64,000 nt of DNA, from NCBI GenBank assembly GCA_013239625.1, contig MU054400.1:4403802-4467801 (forward strand), written 5' to 3'. The stretch comes from Lama guanicoe (taxonomy: Eukaryota). Made by a program: the position numbers and the translations under genes. The stretch's first letter is position 1; every line of letters starts with the position of its first letter. Of the stretch, positions 23,931 to 36,779 are shown one piece after another. The notes beneath the pieces were generated by a model. It searched no databases, had not been told where the DNA came from, and was given only the letters and a program-made list of their open reading frames with translations.

Positions 23931-24249
23931 GCTACTGAAACACCACATTTGGAGGACTTTTCAACAGGTTAGAAAATTTTATTACCACATTTTCATTCAA
24001 GTGAGCAAAGACAGCATTTTTTTTATGGGCATACTCAAGTTTTTAAAGAGTCTCGTTAATAAGAAACATTTTCAAACATCCATTCCCAATTCTGTGACCA
24101 AAGTTTCGATTTAAAAAGCATCTCTAGCCACTTAGTGTTTAAAATGTCACTCTTCCTAATAGAGCAGGATTAAATATAAAATTTTCCCTCAAGCTATCTG
24201 CTAAGTGGCATGCTAGTAACCATGGTCGTCATCATGGAAAAAGTCAATT

Positions 24250-25530
24250 TTTTTTTTTACTTGTTGTTGTGAAATAGTTCTGAAAACAGTACAAAGAACT
24301 TGAATAATCTACACAAAGATTCCAATTGTTACCATTTTACATATTTGCTTTCTTAGTCTCTCTAAATATACATAAATATCATAAATAACTTTTTATGAAC
24401 TGTTCAAGAGTAAGTTGCAGACATGGATGGACCTAGAGATGATCATACTGAGTGAAGTAAATCAGACAGAGAAAGATAAAGATCATATGATATCACTTAC
24501 ATGTGGAATCTTAAAAAAATGATACAAATTCTATTTACAAACCAAAACTAAACTCACAGTCATAGAAAACAAACTATGGTTATCAAAGGGGCGAGGGCGG
24601 GGAGGGATAAAAGAGGGGCTGGGGATTAACAGACACAAATTAGTATGTATAACATGGGTAAAGAACAAGAACCTACTGTATAGCAATGGGAACTATGTTC
24701 AATATCTTGTAATAACATATAACGGAAAAGAATCTGAAAAGAAAAAAATATATACGTGTCTGTGTAGAACCGAATCACTTTGCTGTCCACCTGAAACTAA
24801 CACTGTAAATCAACTACGCTTCAATAAAAAAATTTTTTTGAAAAAAGAGGAAGTTGCAGATATGAAGTTTCCTCTACAACTAAATTCTTCAGTGCACATT
24901 CCCTAGGAACTAGAACATTCTCTTACAGAATCATAGTGCAATGGTCAAAACCAGGAACTTAACACTGTTACCTACAGGCTTAATTCAGATTTCACCAATT
25001 ATCCCAACAATGTCCTTTTTTAGCAAAAAAAAAAAAAATCATCATCATCATCCCACTCATGCTCTCTTCCAGAATACCACACGGCAGTTACCTCAAATGC
25101 CTCTTTGTCTCTTTTAATCTGGGGCCGTTCCTTAGTCTTCCTTCCTCCCTCATGACCTGGATATTTTCGAAAACTTCAGGCAATTTGGATTTGCTTCTTC
25201 ATGAGTAGTATCAGGTTACACATTTTTGGAAGAAGCATCATAGAAGTGATTGTGTCCTTTTCAATGCATCTTATCAAGAGGTACACGATGTCATTTTGTC
25301 CCATTTGATGATGTTAGCTTCGGTCACTTGGTTAAGGTGGTGTCTGCCACGCCTCTCGACTGTCAAATTGCTACTGACTTTCACTTTTGTTTAATAGCAT
25401 CGTATGGAGAGATACTTTGAGGCCGTGACAATATTCTGTCCCTCGGGAAACAGTCATCCACAGTTTCAGCATCCATTGATGATTCTTCTTCTGGATCAGT
25501 TATTACTATGATGATGGCCAAACAGTGGGT
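24250..25530 (-). mobile_element. Old L1 (L1MC/MD-like) 3' UTR hosting a younger L1
   Basis: ttcagtgcacattccctaggaac...ttcagatttcaccaattatcccaacaatgtcc...cacttggttaaggtggtgtctgcc. Confidence 0.75.
24422..24844 (+). mobile_element. LINE-1 3' end with degenerate TSD
   Basis: catggatggacctagagatgatcatactgagtgaagt...tcaataaaaa; AAGAG(T/G)AAGTTGCAGA at 24406-24421 and 24845-24860. Confidence 0.9.
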
Positions 25531-25734
25531 TGATTGTTCTTGAGCGCTTATATTTTTGTAGAATACTTTTTATAAAAAAATAAAAATACAAATATTTTAA
25601 CAAAAATATAAGCGGGTCACTTGGTAACTTTAGTGCATGCAATCTAATTGTCAATAATCTTCCTGATAATATGAATGCTTTGGATCTGCTTTTTGTAAAG
25701 TCTCATTAGATCTGTAGGGTTTTCCCTTTAGATG

Positions 25735-26052
25735 CAGTCAGTTCCCATTCTTTCCAGCAGTGACGTTCTATAAAGTCACCACAAACACTCAACTAGTGAA
25801 TATTGAACCCTGGCTTCTAGGAGGAACACAGGGTTGGGTTGGGGTGAGCCGTTGATCACAAGATTTTTATCAACCAATAAATGCATAATTCCGTTTCATG
25901 TCTGTTTCTGTTTAAAGGCGCCTTGCCTAACCTATTCCCGGGCGACAGCACCGTAACTCACACCTGAACAAAGCTGCTCTCACACACGTTTTCTCTGGAT
26001 GGCACATCACAGCCTTCTTGCTCTTAGGAACAGAAGATGGCAGTTCAGTGCG
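25735..26052 (+). mobile_element. MER82-like TcMar-Tigger DNA transposon fragment
   Basis: gttctataaagtcaccacaaacact...tgtttctgtttaaagg...ggcacatcacagccttcttgctcttaggaaca matches the remembered MER82 5' half. Confidence 0.75.
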
Positions 26053-26079
26053 GTGAAATCCTGTCTTACTGCTTCCCCT

Positions 26080-26232
26080 AGGTCATCTCAGCTAATTCTT
26101 AAAATCACTTTATGAAGTCTATATTTCTAGTACCCATTTTGCAGATGCAAGAAATGAGGCCCAGAGAGGAAAGAGCTTTGCCCAGGTAGGACTAAGTGGG
26201 ATTGATGCCAATGCCCTCACTCTTAAGCACTC
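26080..26232 (-). mobile_element. MIR SINE
   Basis: cccattttgcagatgcaagaaatgaggcccagagag...tttgcccagg. Confidence 0.8.
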
Positions 26233-28029
26233 TGCTTCTCAGATGGCGCCCTGCTATATTGATAGTCAATGCGCAGTAGAATGATCTGTATCCAACTGTT
26301 TTTTTTTTTAAGGTAAAAACAACCTTCTCCCATATAAAAACACAAAATAATGACAGGAGGTTCTGAAATAACTTGTTAGACACCAAGCTAAAGAAATGGG
26401 CTCCCTTAGCTTGCAAAATGCATAAGAAAGCCAAAAACAACAGGGTTTCAACTTCATTTAAATGAGCAAGTAAATCTTGTGCCAGTATCATCCATGTGAC
26501 TTGGTCTTAAATAAATATGATTTTATTATTTAAGAGTAAATGAGCTACAAGTTATTTTTAAAAGTGTAAATGATTCACAACCATCTTCTTTTGTTAAACG
26601 GTCGACTTCACCTCTCTAAAAGTCCTGGGCCAAAAGCTTTATGCTACTAGAGATTAAATTCCTTCACTAGTAGGCCAAAGATCAAAACATATTGTGTTTT
26701 TATTTGGATAGTCTGGGAGTATTGAATTTGTCCTTTTCTTATCATTAACGTTCATCTCTCTGGATCACCCATTTCTCTTTGAACTTGAGAAACAGGAATT
26801 TGATATCATGCAGTACTTAAATCAATTAAAACAAGGACCCAGACAGAATGGAGTAATTCTGGGAGTTAACTATAATAACTCTTTTATCTTAATAAAGTTC
26901 AGTTCAGTTGTTTATTTGGAAAATGACCAGCATCGACACTAACTTCCCAGGGTGCAGGACTGTGTCTTCCTCCATTTACTAATACTATGTTCTACTTTCC
27001 ACAGACCAGGAATGAACCAAAGGCATCTAAGCACTTGCCGGGGGAAAAAAATTAGCTTCATTTTAGAGATTAGAAATTTGAATCAGCTTTGAAAAGAACT
27101 TCCTAAATCTTTCTTTTTTCATTCAGCACAAGGTGCACATAGAAGGTATGCCACAAGTTTTGCTGACTTACGATATAGTCGTGGCTGTGAGTGATTTTTG
27201 TTGTGCAATAACCAAATAAAATAATTTCTCCCGAAACGGGAAGATGTTGGCAGTTATCACTAATAGAGCCAGCAAGAAGTGCATGAAGTTCCAGTTAATC
27301 TTATTTTGGTTGGGCCTGGTTTGGTCTGGTATAAAAAGTGCAAAAAAAAATCAAATGAAATGATAATAAGAACTCATATTTTAACCCAGAATTAATCATT
27401 ATTAATATTTAGTGTATTTGTGTCTAAATTTTTCTATTTACATGTATAATTTTAAATGTACAAGCTATATGATTATAAAATTTCCTTTTGGAGAAATAAT
27501 TAGATCCTTTCTAAAAATGCTGAGTGTCTTTTGACCTTTACTCCTGACCTGACCCTTTCTCACTCCACACTTGATTTGTTTGCCTCCCTTTCTTTAATAC
27601 AGAATTTTTTGATCTTCTGTTTCTGTTCTTTCTTCCCTTTCCTCCTTTCCTTCCTCTGTCGCTTACAGTCTTCCAGGTCCCCACATCACCCCGTATTATA
27701 GTATAATGTAGCTAGTACAGTTCTGTAATAAATTAGGGCCTCCTATGAATCAGAAGGAACGTCTTGCTGTGGTTGAGGGAGTGTTATATGTCTCCTATGG
27801 TCCGTGGGAAGAAAATTCTTCCTGGCTCAGAGTTTCACAGATTTTTGATTTACTGGATCAAATCTCCTTTTATATAACTGTCCTTTTGAATGGGTTCAAA
27901 AAGTACATATTCCACTCATCTAAGTAAGAACTAAGCACATACACTAAAAAGGCCAGGATGGCATGAAAAAAAAAATCAAAAGGAGACTTTATTCCTTAGA
28001 CCAAAAGGAAATTAAGGGATAGATTTACC

Positions 28030-28190
28030 CTGAATCTATGACTTTGATAGTCCTACAACAATGGACCATTTCCTATTTTAAATGTCATGAATATTGCCAA
28101 GGTGCTTTATTATGAGATTAAATAAAATAATACAAGCAAATATACCTTGTGAAATAAAAAGACCTATACAAATCTGCATGGTTATTATTA
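28030..28190 (+). mobile_element. MIR/MIR3 remnant
   Basis: ttatgagattaaataaaataatacaagcaaa...tatacaaat...ggttattatt. Confidence 0.45.
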
Positions 28191-29719
28191 ATATATGCTC
28201 TAAGTCTCTTCCCTCACGAAGGTCAGAATAGTTTCTGTCTCCCTGTTTCTATCGTAAAAGAAAAATACTTTTCAAAGATGCTTTCAAATAGAAGAGAATG
28301 GTAGCTACCAAGACTGAAAATACTATGAGTTGCCTTTGGAAATAAGTAACAGTAAGAGCATCTTCAAAGAGCCACCACCACTTCCCATAAAGCCCATCTC
28401 ATTAAACTCTGACTGGCAAATCCAAATAAGCTATTTCTGACTTCCATTAAAATAGTTACGAATCTTTTATTTTTTAAAGGTTCCCATGAGACCTGTACGT
28501 ACTTCTGCATAGGACAGAATGGGTAAGATCAGTAGTACAATTATGAGTTAGGTTAATAATGTCTTACTTGCTCCTGTCCCCAAGGGCACAGTCCTTGGCA
28601 AGGAAGCCATATCTGATCAGTGGTCATTGAATAAATGTATTTTATTTGATTATAATGAGCTAACATAATGCAAGTCCAAATACTCGTGTATTAGTAAATG
28701 ATGGTTTTAATACTGAATCATTTCAAAATATTATAAACTCATCTTTGCATATCTTCCTTGCCCCATGTGTGGCAGGTAATGAGTATTTTTTGAATATATT
28801 TGAATTAAATGGATGTAAGGCACATCAGGACGCTGTAATCTGGTTGCCATTCCTAATCAATGATTATCTTCTACCTCCATGGAATTCCATTTTTTTATGC
28901 CTGTGATGTTGGACAGTGCAGAAAAACTCAGGACCAAGACATAAACTCCAGAGGAACTGTTATTTATGGATAGAATTCAGGAATTCCATTTGGCTTCTAT
29001 TTGGCTTCTACTTAAAAAGGAAACCTAATTCAGTGCCTAGTAAGAATGTCAGGCACAAGTATTCTAGAGTTTAAACGCATCTATAAAACTAAAACCATTT
29101 GTTCGTGTCTAGAGATAACTTATATTCCTTAATTTTTTTTTCCAGATGGAAAAATAATTACTTGGAAAGAGCCCTTGGGAAATAGAGCCTCACTTGGATG
29201 TAGAGTTGATGTTTGATCTCATCAGCATCACTGCTTGAAGAAGAAAATAAAGGCTGAACATTAAGGGAATGCATTGAAGAAGTAACCTAGTGATGTGTGC
29301 CATCTGGTATCAAAGTTGTAACATGGAGTAGAGTGTGTGGAGAGCTCTGAGTATGTGTGCACTTACACGGCACTCCTGCTGATTATTTATTAGATATACC
29401 TGCTCATAGTCCTGGGTGTAATTAGTTGCCCTTTTTTTCTCCACCTCAGAATGGACACACAGAAGGAGATGGTTGAGAAGTGGATGAGGGAACGCCCGAA
29501 GTGCATCTGCTCAGTCAATGGGGATACGCAGGTGCATGGACAATACAGTCAATGTTCCTTCTGTCCTCCAGCAAGTAAAATTCCTTGTGACCCATCTGAC
29601 ACTGAGGATAAATCATGAGACTACTGTCCTGGGGAAAGAAGGGTCCATAACCCTGTAAGGAAAGGATTACTGTACCACTTCAGTTCACAAAACTGATTAT
29701 TCTGGGTTTATAGGAATAC

Positions 29720-30900
29720 AATATTCTAAAAGCCAGACTTTTTTGAGAAGTATTTTTTTCTCCATATACATCTTTATGTCTCTCCTTTAATAAATAACCC
29801 CATTATGTGTCAGTCCTTGTCTACTCAGAAAGCAGGGTATTTATGTGGACACAAGATGGAAAAAGAGGAGGATATGAGGAAGAGGAGGTCCAACCCAAGA
29901 GAAAAAGAAGGGCCGCTTTATTAGGGAAGATGAACAGGAAAGGATGGAGGAGCTAAAGAGATGGAGGAGGTAAGACCAGAGGGAGAATGCGACTGGGTCC
30001 CTGACAGCCTTAGGCTTCAGCCAAAGGGAGAGGGTGAGACAATAGAAATGTTGATAGAAATTTCAGATAAATGAGGGGGAATCTGAGAACCTCCAAACTG
30101 GCTTTCCACTTTCCCATGGAAACCAATATGGCACAAGCATGGTAGATCAGCTCAGGAGGTATGCACCGGCAACGGCATTCCCGAGACTCCCTGCATGTCT
30201 TTTGATGTGTGAAGGCTCCGGCAGTTTCCACAAGTGCTGTCGCTGGTGCACAAAAGATGTCCGAGGAGAAAGGCTGGCTAGCTTGCCAGAGAGAACCACC
30301 ACAGTATGGGACAAAGACACCACTGGGGCTCTCGGCTGGTGTGTCTGCACTGGGGACCACACCGTAGACTTGGCAAGACCTTGCCAGATCTACAGAATAA
30401 GAGTCAACTTGAGCTGAAACAGCTTGGGGAGATGGACCAGTTCCCAAGAGCAATCAATCATGCCCCTCATCCATGAGGAGAGACGGAACCACAACTTCTC
30501 CCAGGCATGCTGGCTTCAGCTGCCTATGCCAGTGCCCAGGGGAACCAGAGGGCAGCATTTCCTCATCATCTGGTCCAGTGCATTAGAAGGCCGTGACAAT
30601 CAAGCAGACAGCATTCAGACTTCTGGTCCATCCAGCTCTCATTACCAGGCGGCAGTGGGACCACCCCCTCCACCCAGCACACAGAGCCTCCAGTTTGGGA
30701 GCTCAGAGCAAGGAGCGAAAGGAAAAGTACTACCCTGATGGAGACTTTAACCTTGAATTGAACTTGACTTAAACCAGCAGGGATTGGGTTACTTTCAATT
30801 TGGCAAGTTTACATTAGCAGGAAGACTCCAGAGAAAGATGAGCCCAATAGTAGAAAATAAAGGAAGTTATCATTTTTGGCACGTAGGGGACTTTGTGCAT
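29720..30900 (+). mobile_element. Probable ancient Gypsy-type solo LTR (MamGypLTR-like)
   Basis: Purine-rich U3-like start; 3' part gactttaaccttgaattgaacttgac...ggcaagtttacatt...agaaaataaaggaagttat resembles remembered MamGypLTR ends. Confidence 0.4.
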
Positions 30901-31356
30901 AAATTCCAACCCAGTTGTCCTGCTTTTCAAGGTCAGCTCTCTCTCCCTTGCTCTCAGAATATTCTGGCCATTTCCTTTGCCAAGGCAACTGGGGCTTTAT
31001 CCCACAAATTCTCTCTCCGGCTTTCTGGGGATATCTCAACCCAACCAGTTTCAGCCTTCTCTCTTGTTGCTTTAACCTTTGGTGCTGGCATTCTTGCTAA
31101 CCCCTCAGGCCTGAGCAAATCTGAGCCCCACCTCATTTGGTCCATCAAGTTATAACCCAACTTTTTCCCCCAGTCCTAGGAAGGGCAGTTGTCCCAAAGC
31201 TATCACTCACTGTGTCCATTTCCAATTAGATATTATGTCCATTGAGGGCAAAAACTATGCCCTATATGTCCATATTCTGAGTTCTTAATAAAAGCGTGTA
31301 TATGTATGTGTCCACATGTTTTTGTCCATATATAAAAAGTATTTCTTGTAAGTTAG

Positions 31357-31402
31357 ATACACACACATGCATACACACCATCACCACCACCACCACCACC
31401 AT
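31357..31402 (+). repeat. (CA)n/(CAC)n simple repeat
   Basis: acacacacatgcatacacaccatcaccaccaccaccaccacca. Confidence 0.8.
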
Positions 31403-32342
31403 TTTCCTCTCTATTCACACTGGCCATTAAAAGCTGGCATGTTTCAAAGTGTATTTCGACAGCTAAAGCAAGCATTACATCTAAACCAAGAACTTTTAAG
31501 GGCCTGACAGTAAGCTATAACTGCATACAATTATTTCTTGTTGTTGTTCAAATCACTGCCTATACAGTTACACGGCACCAATGATCTGTAAGTAATTTGT
31601 GACAAATCTTTCTTCTGCTGTGTTGCAGTAAAGGTAAAATCCCAAGGTTAAGTTTACCATTATGTACATTTGATAACACTTCCTGAAAATATATGAACAT
31701 GAGGGGTATTTTGTTGTTGTTTCAGTACAAGAAAGAATGAAATGCAGTGAAGAAGCAGCCTCCAGAAACGGTGTTGATTTATATCTCAGGAATGTGTGTG
31801 AAGAACGAGGAGGGTGGGTTTCCTCCAAAAACTGTTAAACTGAGCAGACTCCAGCCAGCAGCCACTTAGCAGCGAGATCCAAACACTTTCACCTGCGTGC
31901 ATCTTCAGTTTTCTGTTTTTTCACCAGCTCTGGGGGCACAAATGGAGTCCCACTAACAATACCAGCCTGTATTCCACCCAACCAGTCGTCCGCTTCTCAC
32001 ACTGAGTTTATTTTCCAGAAAAAAATTCCCCTAAATATTTCTGTGATAATCCAGGGTGGCTCGAATGAGCTTACTAACCCATCTGGCCAGATGTTTCATG
32101 ACATCCTCCAGGCGCTGCTATCTCTTGTTCCTACCCGACCCGCTGCCCCTAGGAAGGCAGTCAGCTTCCTGGGGAGGAGACAGGCACGTGGGCAGGCTGC
32201 CCTCAGGCTCTGACCACATGCTCTGGGTCTCACAATCAGGGCTGCACCCACACTGGAAGATGCGCTCCGAGCCAGGTGGCTTCCCTTCTTGCTGGGTGTG
32301 TGCATTTAGTCTTTAGGGGGACACAATGGAATGCCATAAACC

Positions 32343-32645
32343 GATGGTATTTACAAACCTAACACAGACTCACAGACATAGAAGACAAACCGTGGTTACC
32401 AAAGGGGAAAGGGATCCCAGCGGGAGGGATGAATTAGGAGTCTGGGATTAACATATACACAGCACTATATATACAATAGGTAAACAACAGGGACCTACTG
32501 TATAGCACAGGGAACCATATTCAGTATCTTGTAGTAACCTATAATGGGAAAGAATCTGACAAAGAATCAATATATATATATGTACATCTGAACCACTTTG
32601 CTGTATATCTAAACATGACATTGGAAATAACTGTAATTCAATTTT
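32343..32645 (+). mobile_element. LINE-1 3' UTR fragment
   Basis: cagactcacagacatagaagacaaaccgtggttaccaaagggg...ggacctactgtatagcacaggga. Confidence 0.9.
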
Positions 32646-32744
32646 AAAAAAGGAAGGAAAAAGAGAGAGGAAGAAAGAAAAAGAAAGAAAAGAAAAAGAA
32701 AGAAAGAGAAAGAAAGAAAGAGAGAGAGAGAGAAAGAGAGAGAG

Positions 32745-32811
<67 letters not shown>

Positions 32812-32856
32812 AGGAAAGAAAGAGAAGGAAGGAAGGAGGAAGGAAAGGGAAAAAAA
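32646..32856 (+). repeat. Compound (GAAA)n/(GA)n/(GGAA)n microsatellite at the L1 tail
   Basis: 211 bp purine-only, with about 16 consecutive GAAA units. Confidence 0.95.
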
Positions 32857-33489
32857 TAGTCCAAAAAGGTCAATCAGCAAGACTTTATGGAGTAGTCTGG
32901 AAAGCAATACAAAATGATGTCAAAATGTCAATAAAGATGAACCATCAGAGATCATTTTCAAGAATCCCTACATTATGAGAACATCACTGTTATTTATCTA
33001 CATGTGCTGGTAAATAGCTTTACAGTTTACAAAACACTTTCTTGAGTGCTATCTTATTTGAGGAAGATAAAACCAAAATGAGCAAAGATCTGAGAATGGT
33101 GAAGATGAGAAACGACTTGGCAGCTTTGAAATAAATTTTGGAAAACCTTTAAAAAATCACTTTCTTAATTTGTCCTTAGTATGAGCTTTTTCTTAGGATC
33201 CAGATGGGAGTCCAGGAGACTGAGCCTGGAGCAGAAATGAATGATGGACAGCATGGACCAGAACAACCTGAAACCCCGTATCATCAAGACAAGCAGATCT
33301 CCGGCAGACGTGTCACATTAGTTCACCTGGAAGACCCTGACAAGGAAAATGCCCTGCTCAGCTCAGGCCGAGCCCCTGCTACACACTATTTATGGAGACA
33401 CACTTATGTTCCATTTTAAGATCATCTACAGATATAAAATAAAGTCCAAACTGGAAATTAACAAAAATAAGCATCAACAGTGTTTTGAT

Positions 33490-33890
33490 CAAACCACAAT
33501 GAGATACCATCTCACACCCATTAGGATGGCTAATAAAAATAAAGATACAAAGAAAGAAAAGAGATAACAAATGTTGATGAAACTGGAGAATGTGAAAATT
33601 TTGTGCACTGTAGGTGGGTATATAAAATGGTGCAACCACTGTGGAAAATAGTATAGCAGTTATGGTAAACAGAGAATTACCACAAGATGTAGCAAGTCCA
33701 GTTCTGGGTATGTACTCCAGAGAATTGAAAACAGAGACTCAAACAGATATTTGTACCCTCGTGTTCACAGTAGCATTATTCACAAGAGCAAAAAGGCGGA
33801 AGCAAACTAAGTGACCAACAACAGATAAACGGATAAACAAAAAGTGTTATATACATGCAACAGAATATTATCTAGTCTTACAAAGAGAAG
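33490..33890 (+). mobile_element. Old L1 ORF2 3' fragment (L1MB-like)
   Basis: aaaccacaatgagataccatctcacacccattaggatggc...gtgcaaccactgtggaaaatagt. Confidence 0.85.
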
Positions 33891-33891
33891 T

Positions 33892-34285
33892 CAGTTACAA
33901 TGTGTCAATTTCTGGTATATAGCATGATGCTTCAGTCATACATATACATACATATATTCACTTTCATATTCTTTTTCATCATAGGTTACTACAAGATACT
34001 GAATATAGTTCCTGTGCCATACAGAAGAAATTTGTTTATTTTATGTATACTAGTTAAGCTTGGCAAATCTTGAATTCCCAACAGGGACATCAGAATTATA
34101 ATATGAGTGCTTTAGTGACCCTCCTTCATTTGCATTTCACCATGGAATAGCACCTTTTAATATATTTTAGTTACTTGTATTTCCTCTCCTACCAATTTCC
34201 TATTCATGTATTTGTCCATTTGCTCATTGACTGTTGATCTTTTTCTTCTTTATTTGGAGGACCTCTTTATATATGTTGAATCCAG
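33892..34285 (-). mobile_element. Two antisense L1 fragments
   Basis: ataggttactacaagatactgaatatagttcc (3' UTR) and cctattcatgtatttgtccattt (old ORF2). Confidence 0.7.
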
Positions 34286-34534
34286 CACTTATCTTACATA
34301 CACAGGGGTGGGATCCAAGGGAGTATGGTAACTCTCACAGGCTCAGAGCACTGGATGGACAGTCAGAGCCAAGGAGTGCCATCTACCTCAGCCCCAAATC
34401 ACAAGCAAAGTGCATCTCTCACAATTCAACTTGTCTACTGTGAATATACAATTAGCGAGTGGAGGCAAAGGTACTTGATACCCAAATAGGGCTATTTAAT
34501 TTTGAGAGATTGTGATCATTCATCTGTATAATAC

Positions 34535-35030
34535 TGCATTTATTTAGCAAATATTTATTGAGCTTCTAATATACTCAGGGATAGGGAATAAAAATTCAAA
34601 GGTGAGGAAAAACAGATATGGTCCCCAAGGAGTTTACAGACTAGTGGAGAGAAACATTACTCCGACCACTATAACAGCCCATCACAACAGTATAATCACT
34701 AACTGTAAAATTTGTTAGGAGGAAGGCCATATAGTGCTGTGAATAAATGTAATGGTGGTTCTGACCATCAGAGAAGGCTTCCCTGAGAAGCGGCATTTGA
34801 GCTGAGGTCTGAAGAATGAACTGGCTTTCCTGAGGGGGGGGAGAGGTGAGGGAGTGATGATAAGAACGGCTTATGTGCAGGAGGGAGACTTACTCATTCA
34901 AGGAGTAGAATAAGGCCCAGGCTGGTGGGAACGCTGACATGGGCGGCAGGTGATGAGGGGAGGGAGATGGCCTGAGACAAAGCTGGAGAGAGGTAGGCAG
35001 GGGCTAGATCACACAGGGCCTTGGACACAC
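34535..35030 (-). mobile_element. L2 3' end
   Basis: catttatttagcaaatatttattgagc...cagagaaggcttccctgagaagcggcatttgagctgaggtctgaagaatga. Confidence 0.85.
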
Positions 35031-35059
35031 ACAAAAGCACCTGCCGTAGTTGGCGCTGT

Positions 35060-35288
35060 TCTGGGTATCGTGAACAAGTCCTCTCTTCTCACCTGAGGAC
35101 CCACAGGGGAGAAACACTGCCAAAGAAGCCCTTTGTAAATGGGATCCCTGACTGCTCCTTTCTTGAACCTGAAAAACCTATTGCATGGCACACTTCAGAG
35201 CTGGTCCCTTCAGAGCTGAAAATACACTTTGTTCCTTTTGGGGGTTATCTGTTACTGCAGCATTACCTAGCCTCTCCTGACTAGTATA
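35060..35288 (+). mobile_element. MaLR LTR 3' fragment (MLT1J/K-like)
   Basis: Ends ttgggggttatctgttactgcagcattacctagcctctcctgactagtata. Confidence 0.6.
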
Positions 35289-36779
35289 GAAGCTTATTTA
35301 TAAGCTCGGAAAGATTGTGCAGCTATAAAAGTTGTGTATGTGTATGTGTGTCGTGTCATGCGTGGGTGTTTGAGAGACAGAGAGAGAAAGAGAGAAAGAG
35401 AGAAAGAGAATTGATTTATGATGAGAGTTTAATTATAGAATAAGAGACAAGTTTCTTAGCTACTTGATTTTTTTGCCAGTTGGGACTTCTAGCTGCAGAT
35501 TACACAAATGAATGTATAAGTACATTTAAACAAATACATGGTTTACGCAAGTATTAAATATATTCTCATGTCTCTGTGCTCTGGTATATAGATTGCTTAT
35601 GGTCACTTAGAGTTGTCTTCTACAATACACAAATAATATAAAAAAATGTGAGCTAAGTGATCAGTTAAAAGCGCAAGGTGATGCTGCACCTTTCAGATAC
35701 ACTGCAGATTACCTAGGGTACCACAGACAATGCACACTGTACATTCATACCAACAGCAGAAGCAAAGGCCAGAGCTCGCCGTGTTTTTTATATTTCCTGA
35801 GTTTTCCTGATGGCAGTCTGAGCCTTCATGTTGTTCCAACACAGAGTGATTTTTAAAGGAGAATTTAATTTAGTATAAGTCTGAATACCCTTTGGAATGC
35901 TAGAAACCAGCATTGCTACAGCAGCCCTAATGAAAAACACAAGTTCCGTGTACCAGTTTGCGGTCAGAGCCAGCATTCCAGGACTTCCTGCTCTCTCGTG
36001 GCGGCTAGGGCTCGGTCGTGATCCTTTTCCCAGCCCTTTGCTATAAGATGTCAGGGGCTGTGGCCCCCATGGCATGCTAAACAGTCCACTCCAGCTTTAG
36101 TGCAAAGACTTTGAACTCATACACCACCACCACCACCACCACCACCACGTCCAAATGGAAGTCTCGGAAGATTTCCTACGAACGTCCTTGCACGTTGACT
36201 CCCACTTAGTTTAAAACATCCTCCAAGTGCACACAGATACATTCCCACATATTCAAGACAAAGAACACAGCACCTTCCAGAAGAAAACTCGCACAATTGG
36301 GCCGAGGCTGATTCACTCAAATGTTTTATCACCGGTGTGGAATGCCAGTAACAAGGGCAATCATTTGTTTGTGAATTCACGGAAGACTGGACTTGCACAC
36401 TGGAAAAGGACTTCCTAATGAATAGCAATGGGCAGACTTGCTGTGTATTAGCATATTTTATCTGCCCTTGTTTTGAAATTAAACAGGAGTTGAGGATGAA
36501 AAGGGACGGAGCAGAGTGCCACTAGGCTGGCTTTTTAGAAAAGTGGCATTTAGAATGGGCTTTAACTCAGTGGCCAGATTCTCAAGTTAACTGTGAACAT
36601 CCTCAGGCTCGCTCAAGACATTTTTTTCCCCTCCTCGTGTGACAACACAATTCCCCAGTCACGATTCTTCTTTCCTAAAGGCTCCTCGTTCTTGGATACA
36701 ATGCCTCTCTGTTTTGCCTACAGTTGCTTAAATACGAATCAAGAGAACTCTGAGCTGTAGCAAAGGCTACTCAGCCAAG

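Noticed and set aside
30010..31160. ORF cluster suggesting a retrogene
   Set aside because: No recognisable protein in any frame, no poly(A) tail or TSD; better explained as an LTR relic.
32448..32907. FLSF-repeat hydrophobic ORFs
   Set aside because: Antisense reading of (GAAA)n.
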